Assembly (NCBI GenBank): GCA_964648365.1
Contig: CAZYLK010000004.1
Location: 5,575 to 69,574 of the forward strand
Direction of reading: 5' to 3'
Origin: an uncultured Phycisphaeraceae bacterium
Lineage (GTDB): Bacteria > Planctomycetota > Phycisphaerae > UBA1845
Length of the DNA: 64,000 nucleotides
The first letter of the stretch is position 1, and every line of letters starts with the position of its first letter. Of this stretch, positions 1 to 8,552 are shown piece after piece. The translations under genes and the position numbers were made by a program. The notes beneath the pieces were generated by a model. The model worked only from the letters and a program-made list of their open reading frames with translations. It was not told the DNA's origin and did no database searches.

Positions 1-246
1 CGGCAGGAACCGCGGGTCGAGTCGCGCAAGCGGACCGATGCACAGCACGAGGTGCAGCATCAGATAAGCACACGTGCCCAGCGCCCGGATGACCAGTATC
101 TCGTCGCTGATCGCGTGGGCGCCGGTGTAGAGCGTCTTGCCCGCCGCGAAAAACAGAACCAGATACAGCGCCACCGCGCCGCCGACGCAGCCATCGTAGA
201 TGCGCTTGTGGCGGTTCCACTGAACGGCGACGTATCCGACGCTCAT
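1..246 (-). CDS. ferric-reductase-like (YedZ-like) transmembrane domain protein, N-terminal fragment running off the window start
   Basis: My own translation from the ATG at 246 gives MSVGYVAVQWNRHKRIYDGCVGGAVALYLVLFFAAGKTLYTGAHAISDEILVIRALGTCAYLMLHLVLCIGPLARLDPRFLP with no stop before position 1. It has hydrophobic helices and an LGPLARL-type motif. ATGA overlap with the upstream ORF at 243-246. Confidence 0.5.
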   Translation of the reverse strand, partial: MSVGYVAVQWNRHKRIYDGCVGGAVALYLVLFFAAGKTLYTGAHAISDEILVIRALGTCAYLMLHLVLCIGPLARLDPRFLP

Positions 247-434
247 GGAAGCCCCCCGGGCGTGTGCGGCCGGGCAGACAGCGCGGAATCAGGATTCGGC
301 CCGCCGGCTGCTTGAGCATCGGGAGAATCGAGCGCCGGCGGCCGGGCCGCCAGCGCCGCCGCCAGACCCAGCAGAATCAGCGGCTCGAGCACCAGCCAGA
401 TCCCCGCGTGCCAGCGACGTTGCAACCGATTCAT
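243..434 (-). CDS. small single-TM hypothetical protein (63 aa)
   Basis: Internal Met of the 243..488 ORF: MNRLQRRWHAGIWLVLEPLILLGLAAALAARPP. ATGA overlaps on both sides (431-434 and 243-246). No family recognised. Confidence 0.35.
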   Translation of the reverse strand: MNRLQRRWHAGIWLVLEPLILLGLAAALAARPPALDSPDAQAAGGPNPDSALSARPHTPGGLP

Positions 435-646
435 CGCCGAGCCTCCGACTTCGGCGCGCGGCGCCACCGACTGAGTAACAGTGGCCACAGCGCCATGGCG
501 CCTGGCAGTATGAGCAGCCGGAACGACCAGGGCGCCCCGTGCGCCGTCGGGTCGACTCGTTCGATGCCGCGCACGATGAATGCGGCAGCGAACACTGCCC
601 CAAGCAGGGCATAGCTAACCATGATGAAAACGATCGCCTCAGCCAT
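431..646 (-). CDS. small two-TM hypothetical membrane protein (71 aa)
   Basis: Internal Met of the 431..748 ORF: MAEAIVFIMVSYALLGAVFAAAFIVRGIERVDP...FRLLILPGAMALWPLLLSRW. Two hydrophobic helices. The stop overlaps the next start (ATGA). Confidence 0.4.
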   Translation of the reverse strand: MAEAIVFIMVSYALLGAVFAAAFIVRGIERVDPTAHGAPWSFRLLILPGAMALWPLLLSRWRRAPKSEARR

Positions 647-1113
647 GATCCGCTCGGGCGACGCGGCGTGAGCGCCGCAAGGATACTGCCACGCCTCGCG
701 TGGGAAGTACGCCACTGCACCACACGTTGCGACACGCCTTGGATTCACGCCCCGCGGAATGGTTACGTCGCGTCACACGAGTACCAGCTCCATCGGTACG
801 CACCGGCCCGACACCGGCTTCGTCATGACTGGCATACGTCGGCCCTCAAATGCCCCACTGTGTCTCACATGGCGGTTCGCCCTGGACCCAGTCGGTGTAA
901 TCCCGTCGGAAGCGACATGATCCGGTAACGCGGACCGAATGTTGTGCGTCCAACTGCGACCAAGGCCGCGTGCGGAGGCCTGTAAACGCCGGTCCTCGGA
1001 GGGCATACCCCTCTGCGGGGCCGCGCCCCGAGCGTTACCCGATTACACCACCGGCGCGCCGTGCGCCGTGCGCCTATGAACTGTTCGTTTTCACACGAAA
1101 TGGAGAAGCTGGA

Positions 1114-2916
1114 ATGTCCCCATCAACCCGACTGGATTTCCACAAGACTGTCATCGCGCTCGTCAGTACAGCGATGGCGTCGGCCGCGCCGACTTCGCTG
1201 GCGCAGGTCTGCATCGACGGCGTCTGCTTCGTGGACCGTACGGCCGAACGCCTCATCGACCTCGGCGGAGCGACCAGCGGGCTGGGCGTGCTGGACTACG
1301 ACGGCGACGGGTTCATGGACGTGGTCATGGGCAACCCGGAGGGTCAGATGAACCGCCTGCTGCGAAACGTGCCCGACCAGGCCCGCCCCAACGAGCGCAC
1401 GTTCATCGACACGACCGAGGGCAGCGGTCTCGACGACGCCGACGGCGCCGCCCGCGGAGCGTTCGGCTTTGGCATCGCCGACTACGACAACGACGGCGAT
1501 CCGGACATCTACGCGCTTGGAGCGCGTTCTGACGATCGCTCCTTCGGCTTGCTCTATCGCAACAATGGTAATGGAACCTTCACGAACGTCACGATCGAAT
1601 CGGGGCTGCGACTGACGGGTTACAGCCCCGAGTCCTGCGGCTGGGCGGACTACGATCTGGACGGGCGGCTCGACCTCATGGTCGCACATGCCGGCAACAG
1701 CGACCGCTCGGTGACGCTGTTCCGCAACCGTGGCGACGGCACGTTTGAGGACGTCAGTGTACTGACACCCGCACTGGACCGCTTCTCAACCGCCTATGCC
1801 GTTCACTGGTCCGACCTGGACGCGGACGGTTACCCGGACGCGTTCATCATCGTCAACGGAAACCCATCCACGCTGCTGCACAACAAGTCCGACCGGACCG
1901 GCGGGCGTAGGTTCAAGAACGCCGCCGACGCATTCGGCTTCACGCGGCTTGGCCTTGCACCGATGGGCATCGTCTCAGGCGACATGGACGGCGACGGCGA
2001 CCTCGACTACGCCGTCAGCAACTTCGACTCCGGCACCTACTACCGTAACGACGGCGGCGTCCTTGAGCGGTTTTCGCCGTTTACGTCGGTGTTCGGCTGG
2101 GGCAACGCCCTGATCGACGTGGAGAACGACGGGGACCTGGACTACTACATGGCCGGGAGCTGGCGGAATCCGAACTTCGATCGGCTGTTCATCAACGACG
2201 GCGACGGCGACTGGCGTGACGCCTCGGCCGCGCTCAACGGCATCTCGGCCGCCAGTCGGTTCTCGGCGCACCTCGACTTCAACAACGACGGACTGCGGGA
2301 CATCATCACGATGAACCCCAACACGCCCGAGCAGTTCAATTCGGTCTACGAGAATATCTCGACGGCGGGCAATCACCAGTTGACTGTCAAGCTGATTGGC
2401 GACGGCCTGCTCGTCAACCGCGACGCGGCCGGGGCTGTCGTGCGGCTGACTGCCGGCGGGCGCACGCAGGTTCGCGAAGTCAACATCGGCTCAAGCACCA
2501 CCTCGACGGACGACCTGCGGCAGATCTTCGGCCTGGGTGGAAGCGAACAGGCCGACCGGATCGAAGTCACCTGGCCGCGGCGCGGCACGCTGGCATCGCG
2601 GACGGAAGTGTACGACGGCCCGTTCGCCGCCGATCGGCAAATCGAACTATCGCCCACCGGCGGATTCCGGTCATGCGAGTCCGTGCGCAGACTGACGGCC
2701 CGGTGCAATGACCGGGGACGGGTGAAGGTTACCGCCCGCACGTCGCTGCCGCCCGACACGGAGCTTGTGCTTTCGCTCGACGAAACCCGGGCCGAAGTCA
2801 CGCAAGTCAACGAGTCCGGCCGCGCAACCGCCCGCTTCAGGCGAACCGGGCCCGGATCGCACACAGCCGGCATCGACGGGTGCCCCCTCGCGGGCACGGA
2901 CCTCGACTGCGGTTAG
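1114..2916 (+). CDS. secreted FG-GAP/VCBS repeat protein with ASPIC-UnbV domain (CRTAC1 family) plus an extra 80-aa four-Cys C-terminal tail
   Basis: GGAG lies 8 nt before the ATG at 1114. Signal-like N-terminus MSPSTRLDFHKTVIALVSTAMASAAPTSLAQ. Repeated DYDGDG/DYDNDGDPD/DLDADGYPD/DMDGDGDLD FG-GAP calcium motifs. UnbV-like segment HQLTVKLIGDG...RIEVTWP. Confidence 0.8.
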   Translation: MSPSTRLDFHKTVIALVSTAMASAAPTSLAQVCIDGVCFVDRTAERLIDLGGATSGLGVLDYDGDGFMDVVMGNPEGQMNRLLRNVPDQARPNERTFIDTTEGSGLDDADGAARGAFGFGIADYDNDGDPDIYALGARSDDRSFGLLYRNNGNGTFTNVTIESGLRLTGYSPESCGWADYDLDGRLDLMVAHAGNSDRSVTLFRNRGDGTFEDVSVLTPALDRFSTAYAVHWSDLDADGYPDAFIIVNGNPSTLLHNKSDRTGGRRFKNAADAFGFTRLGLAPMGIVSGDMDGDGDLDYAVSNFDSGTYYRNDGGVLERFSPFTSVFGWGNALIDVENDGDLDYYMAGSWRNPNFDRLFINDGDGDWRDASAALNGISAASRFSAHLDFNNDGLRDIITMNPNTPEQFNSVYENISTAGNHQLTVKLIGDGLLVNRDAAGAVVRLTAGGRTQVREVNIGSSTTSTDDLRQIFGLGGSEQADRIEVTWPRRGTLASRTEVYDGPFAADRQIELSPTGGFRSCESVRRLTARCNDRGRVKVTARTSLPPDTELVLSLDETRAEVTQVNESGRATARFRRTGPGSHTAGIDGCPLAGTDLDCG

Positions 2917-2930
2917 ACAGTCACGCGCGC

Positions 2931-4556
2931 TCACTCGCGGGCCTTCTGTAGCCCCATTCGCTTGATCCGCGACGCCAGCGTGGTCGGTCGGATACCCAGG
3001 AGCTCGGCCGCGCCGCCGGGGCCGTGAACTTGCCAGTCCGTTTGATGGAGGGCGGCCAGGACGTTCTGACGATCACGGCGTTTCATCTCGGCATCCGTAA
3101 CCACTCCCGTCGCCGGCGATGTCGCTGCTGGATCGGGCTTGCGTGACCGACCCGATTGCAGGTGGGGAAGATCCAGGCGGATGGCCCCCGCCCGCGATGT
3201 AATGACAGCCCGTTCAATGACGTTGAGCAACTCGCGGACGTTGCCGGGCCAGTCGTACGCTTGCAGCGCCACGATGTTACCCTGGGTCAGCCCCCTGCAC
3301 TGCCGATTGAACCGGCGCGAAGCCTGTTGAAGAAACAGCTCCGCGAGAAGGGGGATGTCTTCCTTACGCTTGCGGAGCGGCGGAACCTCGATCGGAAAAA
3401 CATTCAGCCGGTAGAACAGATCCTGACGGAACCGACCCGCTTCAACTTCCGCTTTCAACTCGCGATTGGTGGCAGCGATGAGGCGGACATCGACCGCGCG
3501 TGTCTTCTCTTCGCCGATACGCTCGTAAGTTCCCTCCTGCAAGACGCGCAGGAGCTTGCTCTGGAGTTCCAGTGGTATCTCGCCCACCTCGTCGAGCAGA
3601 AGCGTCCCGCCGTTGGCGAGTTCGAAGCGCCCGGCCCGGTCGCGGACGGCGCCGGTAAACGCGCCCTTGGCGTGACCGAAGAACTCACTCTCGTAAATCT
3701 CCCTGGGTACCGACGCGCAGTTGACGCGGACCAGGGCGCGCTCGTGTCGCTGGCTCCGCCGGTGAATCTCCTGCGCCACGAGTTCCTTGCCGGTTCCGGA
3801 CTCCCCGAGAATCAGCACGCTGGCGTCCGTGGGCGCGACCAGCTCGATCTGCTGCGTGATGCTTCGCAGGGCCGGGCTCTGTCCAACGATCTGGCCGAAA
3901 GCTCGTGCGTCGGAGACCTCTTCTCTGAGGTATGCGTTTTCCAACTCGAGCTGCGTACGAAGCGACTGGATTTCCTCAAAGGCGCGCGCGTTGGCGATCG
4001 ACGCCGCCACCAGGTCGGCGATCATCCGCAGCCAATCCAGGCAGTGCTGACTGAGCGGGCTGCGCGTGAAGATCGCAAGGACACCGAGAATCTCTCCCTT
4101 GAACACGAGCGGCTGCCCCGCGAAACCCCGGATCGCTTCCCGTTGCGTCCATTCCGGCCGGGCGATCCACTCGGTGTCCTTCAGGACGTCGGGCACCGCG
4201 ACGCATTCTCCCGAAGCGGCTACCCTGCCGACCTTGCGGACGCCCATTGGGAAGCGGGAGAACTCGCCATCGAGCCGAGTCCACGCCGGCCCGTCGTCCT
4301 CAACTAACGAACGGCCGGCACTGGCGACCAGGTGAAGGCACCGTGCCTGGGCGACACACACGTCGGGCATCGGGCATTTGGAGCAGATGCCCCCTGATCG
4401 AATCAGCCAGATGCGGGCCAGGGCGATGTGTTCCTCCCCCGCCAGCCGATCCACCACCACCCGCAGCACCGCGTCCGGCGAACGCTGCTGCCCGATTTCG
4501 AGCAGAAGATCCTTGAGGACGTCGGACACCGACATTCGTTCGCCGAGGGCTGACAT
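2931..4556 (-). CDS. sigma-54-dependent transcriptional activator with N-terminal GAF domain (Fis-type HTH at the C-terminus)
   Basis: Walker [22 protein letters not shown] loop [15 protein letters not shown], and C-terminal [23 protein letters not shown]. The N-terminal roughly 190 aa look GAF-like. The start is uncertain (Met at 4556 or 4535; the longest ORF runs to 4640). Confidence 0.85.
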   Translation of the reverse strand: MSALGERMSVSDVLKDLLLEIGQQRSPDAVLRVVVDRLAGEEHIALARIWLIRSGGICSKCPMPDVCVAQARCLHLVASAGRSLVEDDGPAWTRLDGEFSRFPMGVRKVGRVAASGECVAVPDVLKDTEWIARPEWTQREAIRGFAGQPLVFKGEILGVLAIFTRSPLSQHCLDWLRMIADLVAASIANARAFEEIQSLRTQLELENAYLREEVSDARAFGQIVGQSPALRSITQQIELVAPTDASVLILGESGTGKELVAQEIHRRSQRHERALVRVNCASVPREIYESEFFGHAKGAFTGAVRDRAGRFELANGGTLLLDEVGEIPLELQSKLLRVLQEGTYERIGEEKTRAVDVRLIAATNRELKAEVEAGRFRQDLFYRLNVFPIEVPPLRKRKEDIPLLAELFLQQASRRFNRQCRGLTQGNIVALQAYDWPGNVRELLNVIERAVITSRAGAIRLDLPHLQSGRSRKPDPAATSPATGVVTDAEMKRRDRQNVLAALHQTDWQVHGPGGAAELLGIRPTTLASRIKRMGLQKARE

Positions 4557-4689
4557 ACCGACCGATTGTCGCCGAGCTACGAGATTTCGCAACGCTTTTT
4601 CGTGAATCACGCAAATGCGTCGCCATGCCGCCCGCGCCAATTCTGCTGTAAGCCTGTTAATTGGAAAGGCTTGTGCATCTCGATGGCGG

Positions 4690-4705
4690 TGGCACGCGCC
4701 GTGCG
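4690..4705 (+). promoter_or_regulatory. candidate sigma-54 (-24/-12) promoter for the AhpD-like gene
   Basis: TGGCACGCGCCGTGCG compared with the consensus TGGCACG-N4-TTGC. The -24 element is perfect and the -12 element is GTGC. It lies 62 nt upstream of the ATG at 4767 and is divergent from a sigma-54 activator gene. Confidence 0.4.
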
Positions 4706-4766
4706 AATGGCAGGGGCATTACCGACCGTGATGGGCACGGTCGTTGTTCAGAACAAGGAGTCAAAC

Positions 4767-5324
4767 ATGCCACGCATCAGAGCCATCGAAACGTCACAGG
4801 CAGCCCCGAAGGCCAGGTCACTCCTCGAGGGTGTGCAACAGAAACTCGGCATGACGCCGAACCTCATGCGGACCATGGCGAACTCGCCGGCCGTGCTGGA
4901 GGCGTATCTGGGTTTCAGCAACAGCCTCGGTCGCAGCAGACTTTCGCCGAAGCTGCGGGAGCAGATCGCCCTGACGGTCGGTGAGGTGAATCAGTGCGGA
5001 TATTGCCTGGCCGCACACTGCGCCCTGGGCAAGATGGCGGGGCTTGGCGACGAGGAGATCGCGGACAGCCGACGCGGCGCCTCAACGGACCGCAAGACGG
5101 AAGCGATCCTTCAGTTCGCCCGCAAGATCGTGACGGAGCGCGGTCGGGTGAGTGACGACGACGTGACGTCGCTGCGCGCCGCTGGCGTGAGCGATGCCGA
5201 AATCGTTGAGACCGTCGCCACGGTCGCGCTCAACATCTTCACGAACTACTTCAACCACGTCGCCGGCACCGAGATCGACTTCCCGGAAGTCGAGCCCGCC
5301 GCGACGCCGGCGTGCGCTTGCTGA
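4767..5324 (+). CDS. carboxymuconolactone decarboxylase / AhpD-like alkylhydroperoxidase family protein
   Basis: AGGAG at 4756-4760 precedes the ATG at 4767. CxxC motif in EVNQCGYCLAAHC. Typical family N-terminus with LMRTMANSPAVLEAYL. Confidence 0.85.
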   Translation: MPRIRAIETSQAAPKARSLLEGVQQKLGMTPNLMRTMANSPAVLEAYLGFSNSLGRSRLSPKLREQIALTVGEVNQCGYCLAAHCALGKMAGLGDEEIADSRRGASTDRKTEAILQFARKIVTERGRVSDDDVTSLRAAGVSDAEIVETVATVALNIFTNYFNHVAGTEIDFPEVEPAATPACAC

Positions 5325-5396
5325 CGACCGCGTCGGAGGTTGATCGGGTGGCGGTGACGCCACTCGATCGACCTCAATTCGAACAGGGAAACTCAA

Positions 5397-5417
5397 CCTG
5401 CGTAATCGGTACGCAGG
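5397..5417 (+). terminator. stem-loop downstream of the AhpD-like gene
   Basis: CCTGCGTA-atcgg-TACGCAGG, a perfect 8-bp stem followed only by CTT, so the T-tract is weak. Confidence 0.3.
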
Positions 5418-5462
5418 CTTCCAGACACAGACGCTGCGGACAGCAGCGGACAGAGGAGAAAC

Positions 5463-6656
5463 ATGATGATCCAGAATGTGAACATGGCCGCGCTCGTAGC
5501 GGCAGTCACGATCGTACCCACGGTGACGTCGGCGCAGTTGCCCGATCCGGGGTTCGATATCGACCCCGAGCGAACGGCCCTGGTCGTCACCGATCCGCAG
5601 AATGACTTCCTCAGCCCCGACGGCGTGACGTGGGGCGTGGTCGGCAAGAGCGTTACCGATAACGGTACCGTCGAGAATATCGAAGCCCTCTTCAAGGCGG
5701 CGAAGGACACCGGGATGCAGGTATTCGTGTCCCCGCACTACTACTTCGCACACGATCACCGCTGGAAGTTCGAAGGGACGCTCGAAACGCTCATGCACAA
5801 GATCGGCATGTTCGACCGGCCGCACGCGCTGAGCCTGGAGGGGTTTGAGGGCTCCGGCGCCGACTGGCTCGAGCGTTACAAACCCTACATCAACGACGGC
5901 AAAACGGTCGTCGTAAGCCCGCACAAGGTATATGGCCCGGAGTCGAACGACCTGGTGCTTCAGCTTCGCAAACGCGGCATCACCAAGATCGTTCTGGCCG
6001 GCATGTCCGCCAACCTGTGCACCGAATCGCACATGCGGGAGCTGGTCGAGCAGGGTTTCGAGGTCGCTGTAGTCAGCGACGCGACTGCGGCGGCGGTCCT
6101 GCCGGACTACGACGGCTACCAGACGGCGCTGGTCAACTTCCGCATGATCGCCAGCCGTGTCTGGAAGACCGGGGAGGCGGTGAAGGCGATGCAGGATGCG
6201 TCCCGATTGTCGTCCAGCCCATCATCGCCGGTTTGGCAGCGGGTCGCGCCGAGCCGCGCGTATCACGGGGCTCGGAATCTGTCCGCCAGCGGCGTTGCGA
6301 TGCAGGGCTTCAGCCCGGTGTCATACCTCACCAAGGGACGCGCCGAGCGCGGCCATCCCCGTTTTCAGGCCGAGTATGACGGCGTGACCTACTTCCTGAC
6401 CTCAGCCGAGCAGGTGGAGCAGTTCGAGCGCGACCCGAAGCGATACGCGCCCGCGTACGGCGGCTGGTGTGCGTACGGCATGGCCGTCCAGGACAAGTTC
6501 CCCATCGATCCGACGAATTTCAAAGTGGTGGAGGGCAAGCTGCTGTTGTTCCTCAGGAACGACAAGGTCGACGCGCTCAAGCTGTGGAATGTTGGCGACG
6601 AGGCCGACAACCTCCGGAAGGCTGCCGGCCACTGGAAGGAGGTTTCGGGAGCGTAG
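5463..6656 (+). CDS. exported isochorismatase-family cysteine hydrolase fused to a C-terminal YHS-type domain
   Basis: Signal-like MMIQNVNMAALVAAVTIVPTVTSAQ. Isochorismatase motifs ALVVTDPQNDF and KIVLAGMSANLCTESH. C-terminal GFSPVSYL...YDGVTYFLTS...YGGWCAYG...GKLLLF matches YHS-domain proteins as I remember them. Confidence 0.75.
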   Translation: MMIQNVNMAALVAAVTIVPTVTSAQLPDPGFDIDPERTALVVTDPQNDFLSPDGVTWGVVGKSVTDNGTVENIEALFKAAKDTGMQVFVSPHYYFAHDHRWKFEGTLETLMHKIGMFDRPHALSLEGFEGSGADWLERYKPYINDGKTVVVSPHKVYGPESNDLVLQLRKRGITKIVLAGMSANLCTESHMRELVEQGFEVAVVSDATAAAVLPDYDGYQTALVNFRMIASRVWKTGEAVKAMQDASRLSSSPSSPVWQRVAPSRAYHGARNLSASGVAMQGFSPVSYLTKGRAERGHPRFQAEYDGVTYFLTSAEQVEQFERDPKRYAPAYGGWCAYGMAVQDKFPIDPTNFKVVEGKLLLFLRNDKVDALKLWNVGDEADNLRKAAGHWKEVSGA

Positions 6657-7113
6657 GCGCGGATCGCGCTGACGTGCCCGTCGCCGTCGTTCCCAGGGGA
6701 GCGCGCTGATGCCGTCCGGGCGCCAGCGCGTTCCCTTTGCGACGCGCAGCGATCTGCGGGGCCGATTGAGTTCGAGGCGGGGCTCCGGTCGACATTCCGT
6801 CGAGCGATCGCTGATGACCGGGCGGAAGATGCCTCGGACTGCTCAGGCTTGGTTACGCACGGTTCAGTCGCTTTTCATCGCGGCCTCAGGCTCGCAGGGT
6901 AGAACTGAGCAGACGACAACGCGTCACCGCCGCGCAGCGACCACCCGGACCGCGCAGGGCCTCGGCTTTGCAATAAGGCTCCGGAAGAGAGATCGCGCCT
7001 CGGGAAGTCTATGAGTCCGCAAGCGACCGTCCCGACGCGACGGAGGGCTACGTCGGTCACCCGGCTGATGCGGCGCGATCCGGACGTTCGTTGCCAGACA
7101 AGGAGGGAACATC

Positions 7114-7563
7114 ATGTCAACGACCCGCGTTCTGATTGTTGGAGACGACCTTGCGCTCGTGCAGCGTCTGAGTACCCTCTGCGATACGTTGCTCGGATTG
7201 GAGGTGGCGGTCGCCGGAAACGGGTGTGACGGTCTGTTCCGTACGACCCGTGACAGGCCGGATCTTGTCTTGCTCGACGCCGACCCGGCCGGTGAAGGAT
7301 CAGTGAAAACGGCGGAGGCCGTGATGGCCGACGAGCGAACCGCGGCGCCGCTGATTGCAATGATCCCACCCACGGACGTTGAACTCGAACGGCGGTATGC
7401 GCGCCTTGGCGTGCGCACGATTCTGAAAAACGGCGATCCGGAAGAGTGGATCCCCCGGACGATCAATGCCGCGCTGACGACGCTGGTGGGCGTCGCCTTT
7501 GACCAGGCCGAATCGGACTTCCGACACGCCCGCTCCCGATTGGCTGTCCCGATCTACGACTGA
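7114..7563 (+). CDS. stand-alone response-regulator receiver protein (CheY-like)
   Basis: GGAGG precedes the ATG. VLIVGDD acidic pocket, PDLVLLD phospho-acceptor context, and a later K in ILKNGDP. Confidence 0.7.
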   Translation: MSTTRVLIVGDDLALVQRLSTLCDTLLGLEVAVAGNGCDGLFRTTRDRPDLVLLDADPAGEGSVKTAEAVMADERTAAPLIAMIPPTDVELERRYARLGVRTILKNGDPEEWIPRTINAALTTLVGVAFDQAESDFRHARSRLAVPIYD

Positions 7564-7635
7564 GACGCGGCCGGCCTAGCCTTGCGTCACGACGGAGGCG
7601 CAACTCGGATGACACGAACCTCGGACCCGTGAAAC

Positions 7636-7914
7636 TCACGAGCGGCCCAGCACGTCTGCCAGCGTCAGCCCTCCAAGGATCGCCAGCCAGAAGAGCCCGG
7701 CGCCGGCAAAGAGCCGGGACGCCGGACTCGCATGGCGCAGGTGCATGAAGTAGGTCGCGATGAGCAGCGCCTTCGCCGAGGCAATGCCCAGCGCGACAGC
7801 CCAGGCGAGACCTCCCAGGTCCACCCCATCGGATAGGATCGTGGCGATCAGCAGCGCCAGAAGCGCTGCGGCTACGCGCGTATATGGAAGTCGCTTTGAG
7901 TCAGTTGTGTTCAT
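7636..7914 (-). CDS. cytochrome c oxidase subunit IV (prokaryotic COX4 family)
   Basis: Start at the internal Met MNTTDSK, which forms an ATGA overlap with the ctaE stop (7911-7914). Motif ASAKALLIATYFMHL. Three hydrophobic helices. Confidence 0.6.
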   Translation of the reverse strand: MNTTDSKRLPYTRVAAALLALLIATILSDGVDLGGLAWAVALGIASAKALLIATYFMHLRHASPASRLFAGAGLFWLAILGGLTLADVLGRS

Positions 7915-8552
7915 CCAGCGCCTGCAAGATAGAGCAATGGGAACAGAAACACCCACACGATGTCGACGAAGTGCCAATAGAGACCGGTACACTCGAGCGT
8001 GTTACGCATCGAGCCGAGAGCATCTGCCCGCTTGACGCGGATCATCATGACGGCGACGGCGCCGATTCCCGCGAGCATGTGAACGGCATGAAGGCCCGTC
8101 AGAATAAAGTAGAGAACGTAGAACAGTTGCACGTTTGCGGCCCTCGTTGACCAGTCGGTGCGGAAGCCGGCGCCCGGAATCAGGCCCTCGCGGTAATCGA
8201 ACGAATACTCCACTGCTTTGACAATCAGGAACACCAGCCCCAGCGCCGCGGTCGCCCCCAGCATGGCGAGGCACCGGCGGCGGTCCTCACGCGCTGCCGC
8301 GTCGATGCCCAGCACCAGGGTCCAACTGCTGGTCAGGAGCACGGCCGTGTTGGCGGCGCCGAGCCACATCAACAGGCGTCCGCCGGCCTCCGCGAACGCG
8401 TCGGAATAGTGCTGCCGATACACCGCGTACGCCAGAAGCAGACCGCCGAAAAACAGCACCTCGGTGGTCAGGAAGGCCCACATTCCCATTGCGGCGGCCT
8501 CTCGCTGCTGCGCGGGGTCATGGAACTGTCCGGCGGTGGGCGGATCAGCCAT
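7911..8552 (-). CDS. ctaE: cytochrome c oxidase subunit III
   Basis: [18 protein letters not shown]...[13 protein letters not shown]...[18 protein letters not shown], typical subunit III motifs. Confidence 0.9.
   Translation of the reverse strand: MADPPTAGQFHDPAQQREAAAMGMWAFLTTEVLFFGGLLLAYAVYRQHYSDAFAEAGGRLLMWLGAANTAVLLTSSWTLVLGIDAAAREDRRRCLAMLGATAALGLVFLIVKAVEYSFDYREGLIPGAGFRTDWSTRAANVQLFYVLYFILTGLHAVHMLAGIGAVAVMMIRVKRADALGSMRNTLECTGLYWHFVDIVWVFLFPLLYLAGAG

Noticed and set aside
4566-4766. N-terminal extension of the AhpD-like ORF (252 aa in the track)
   Set aside because: The extension covers the divergent promoter region and the activator gene start. The ATG at 4767 has an AGGAG RBS and gives a family-typical length.
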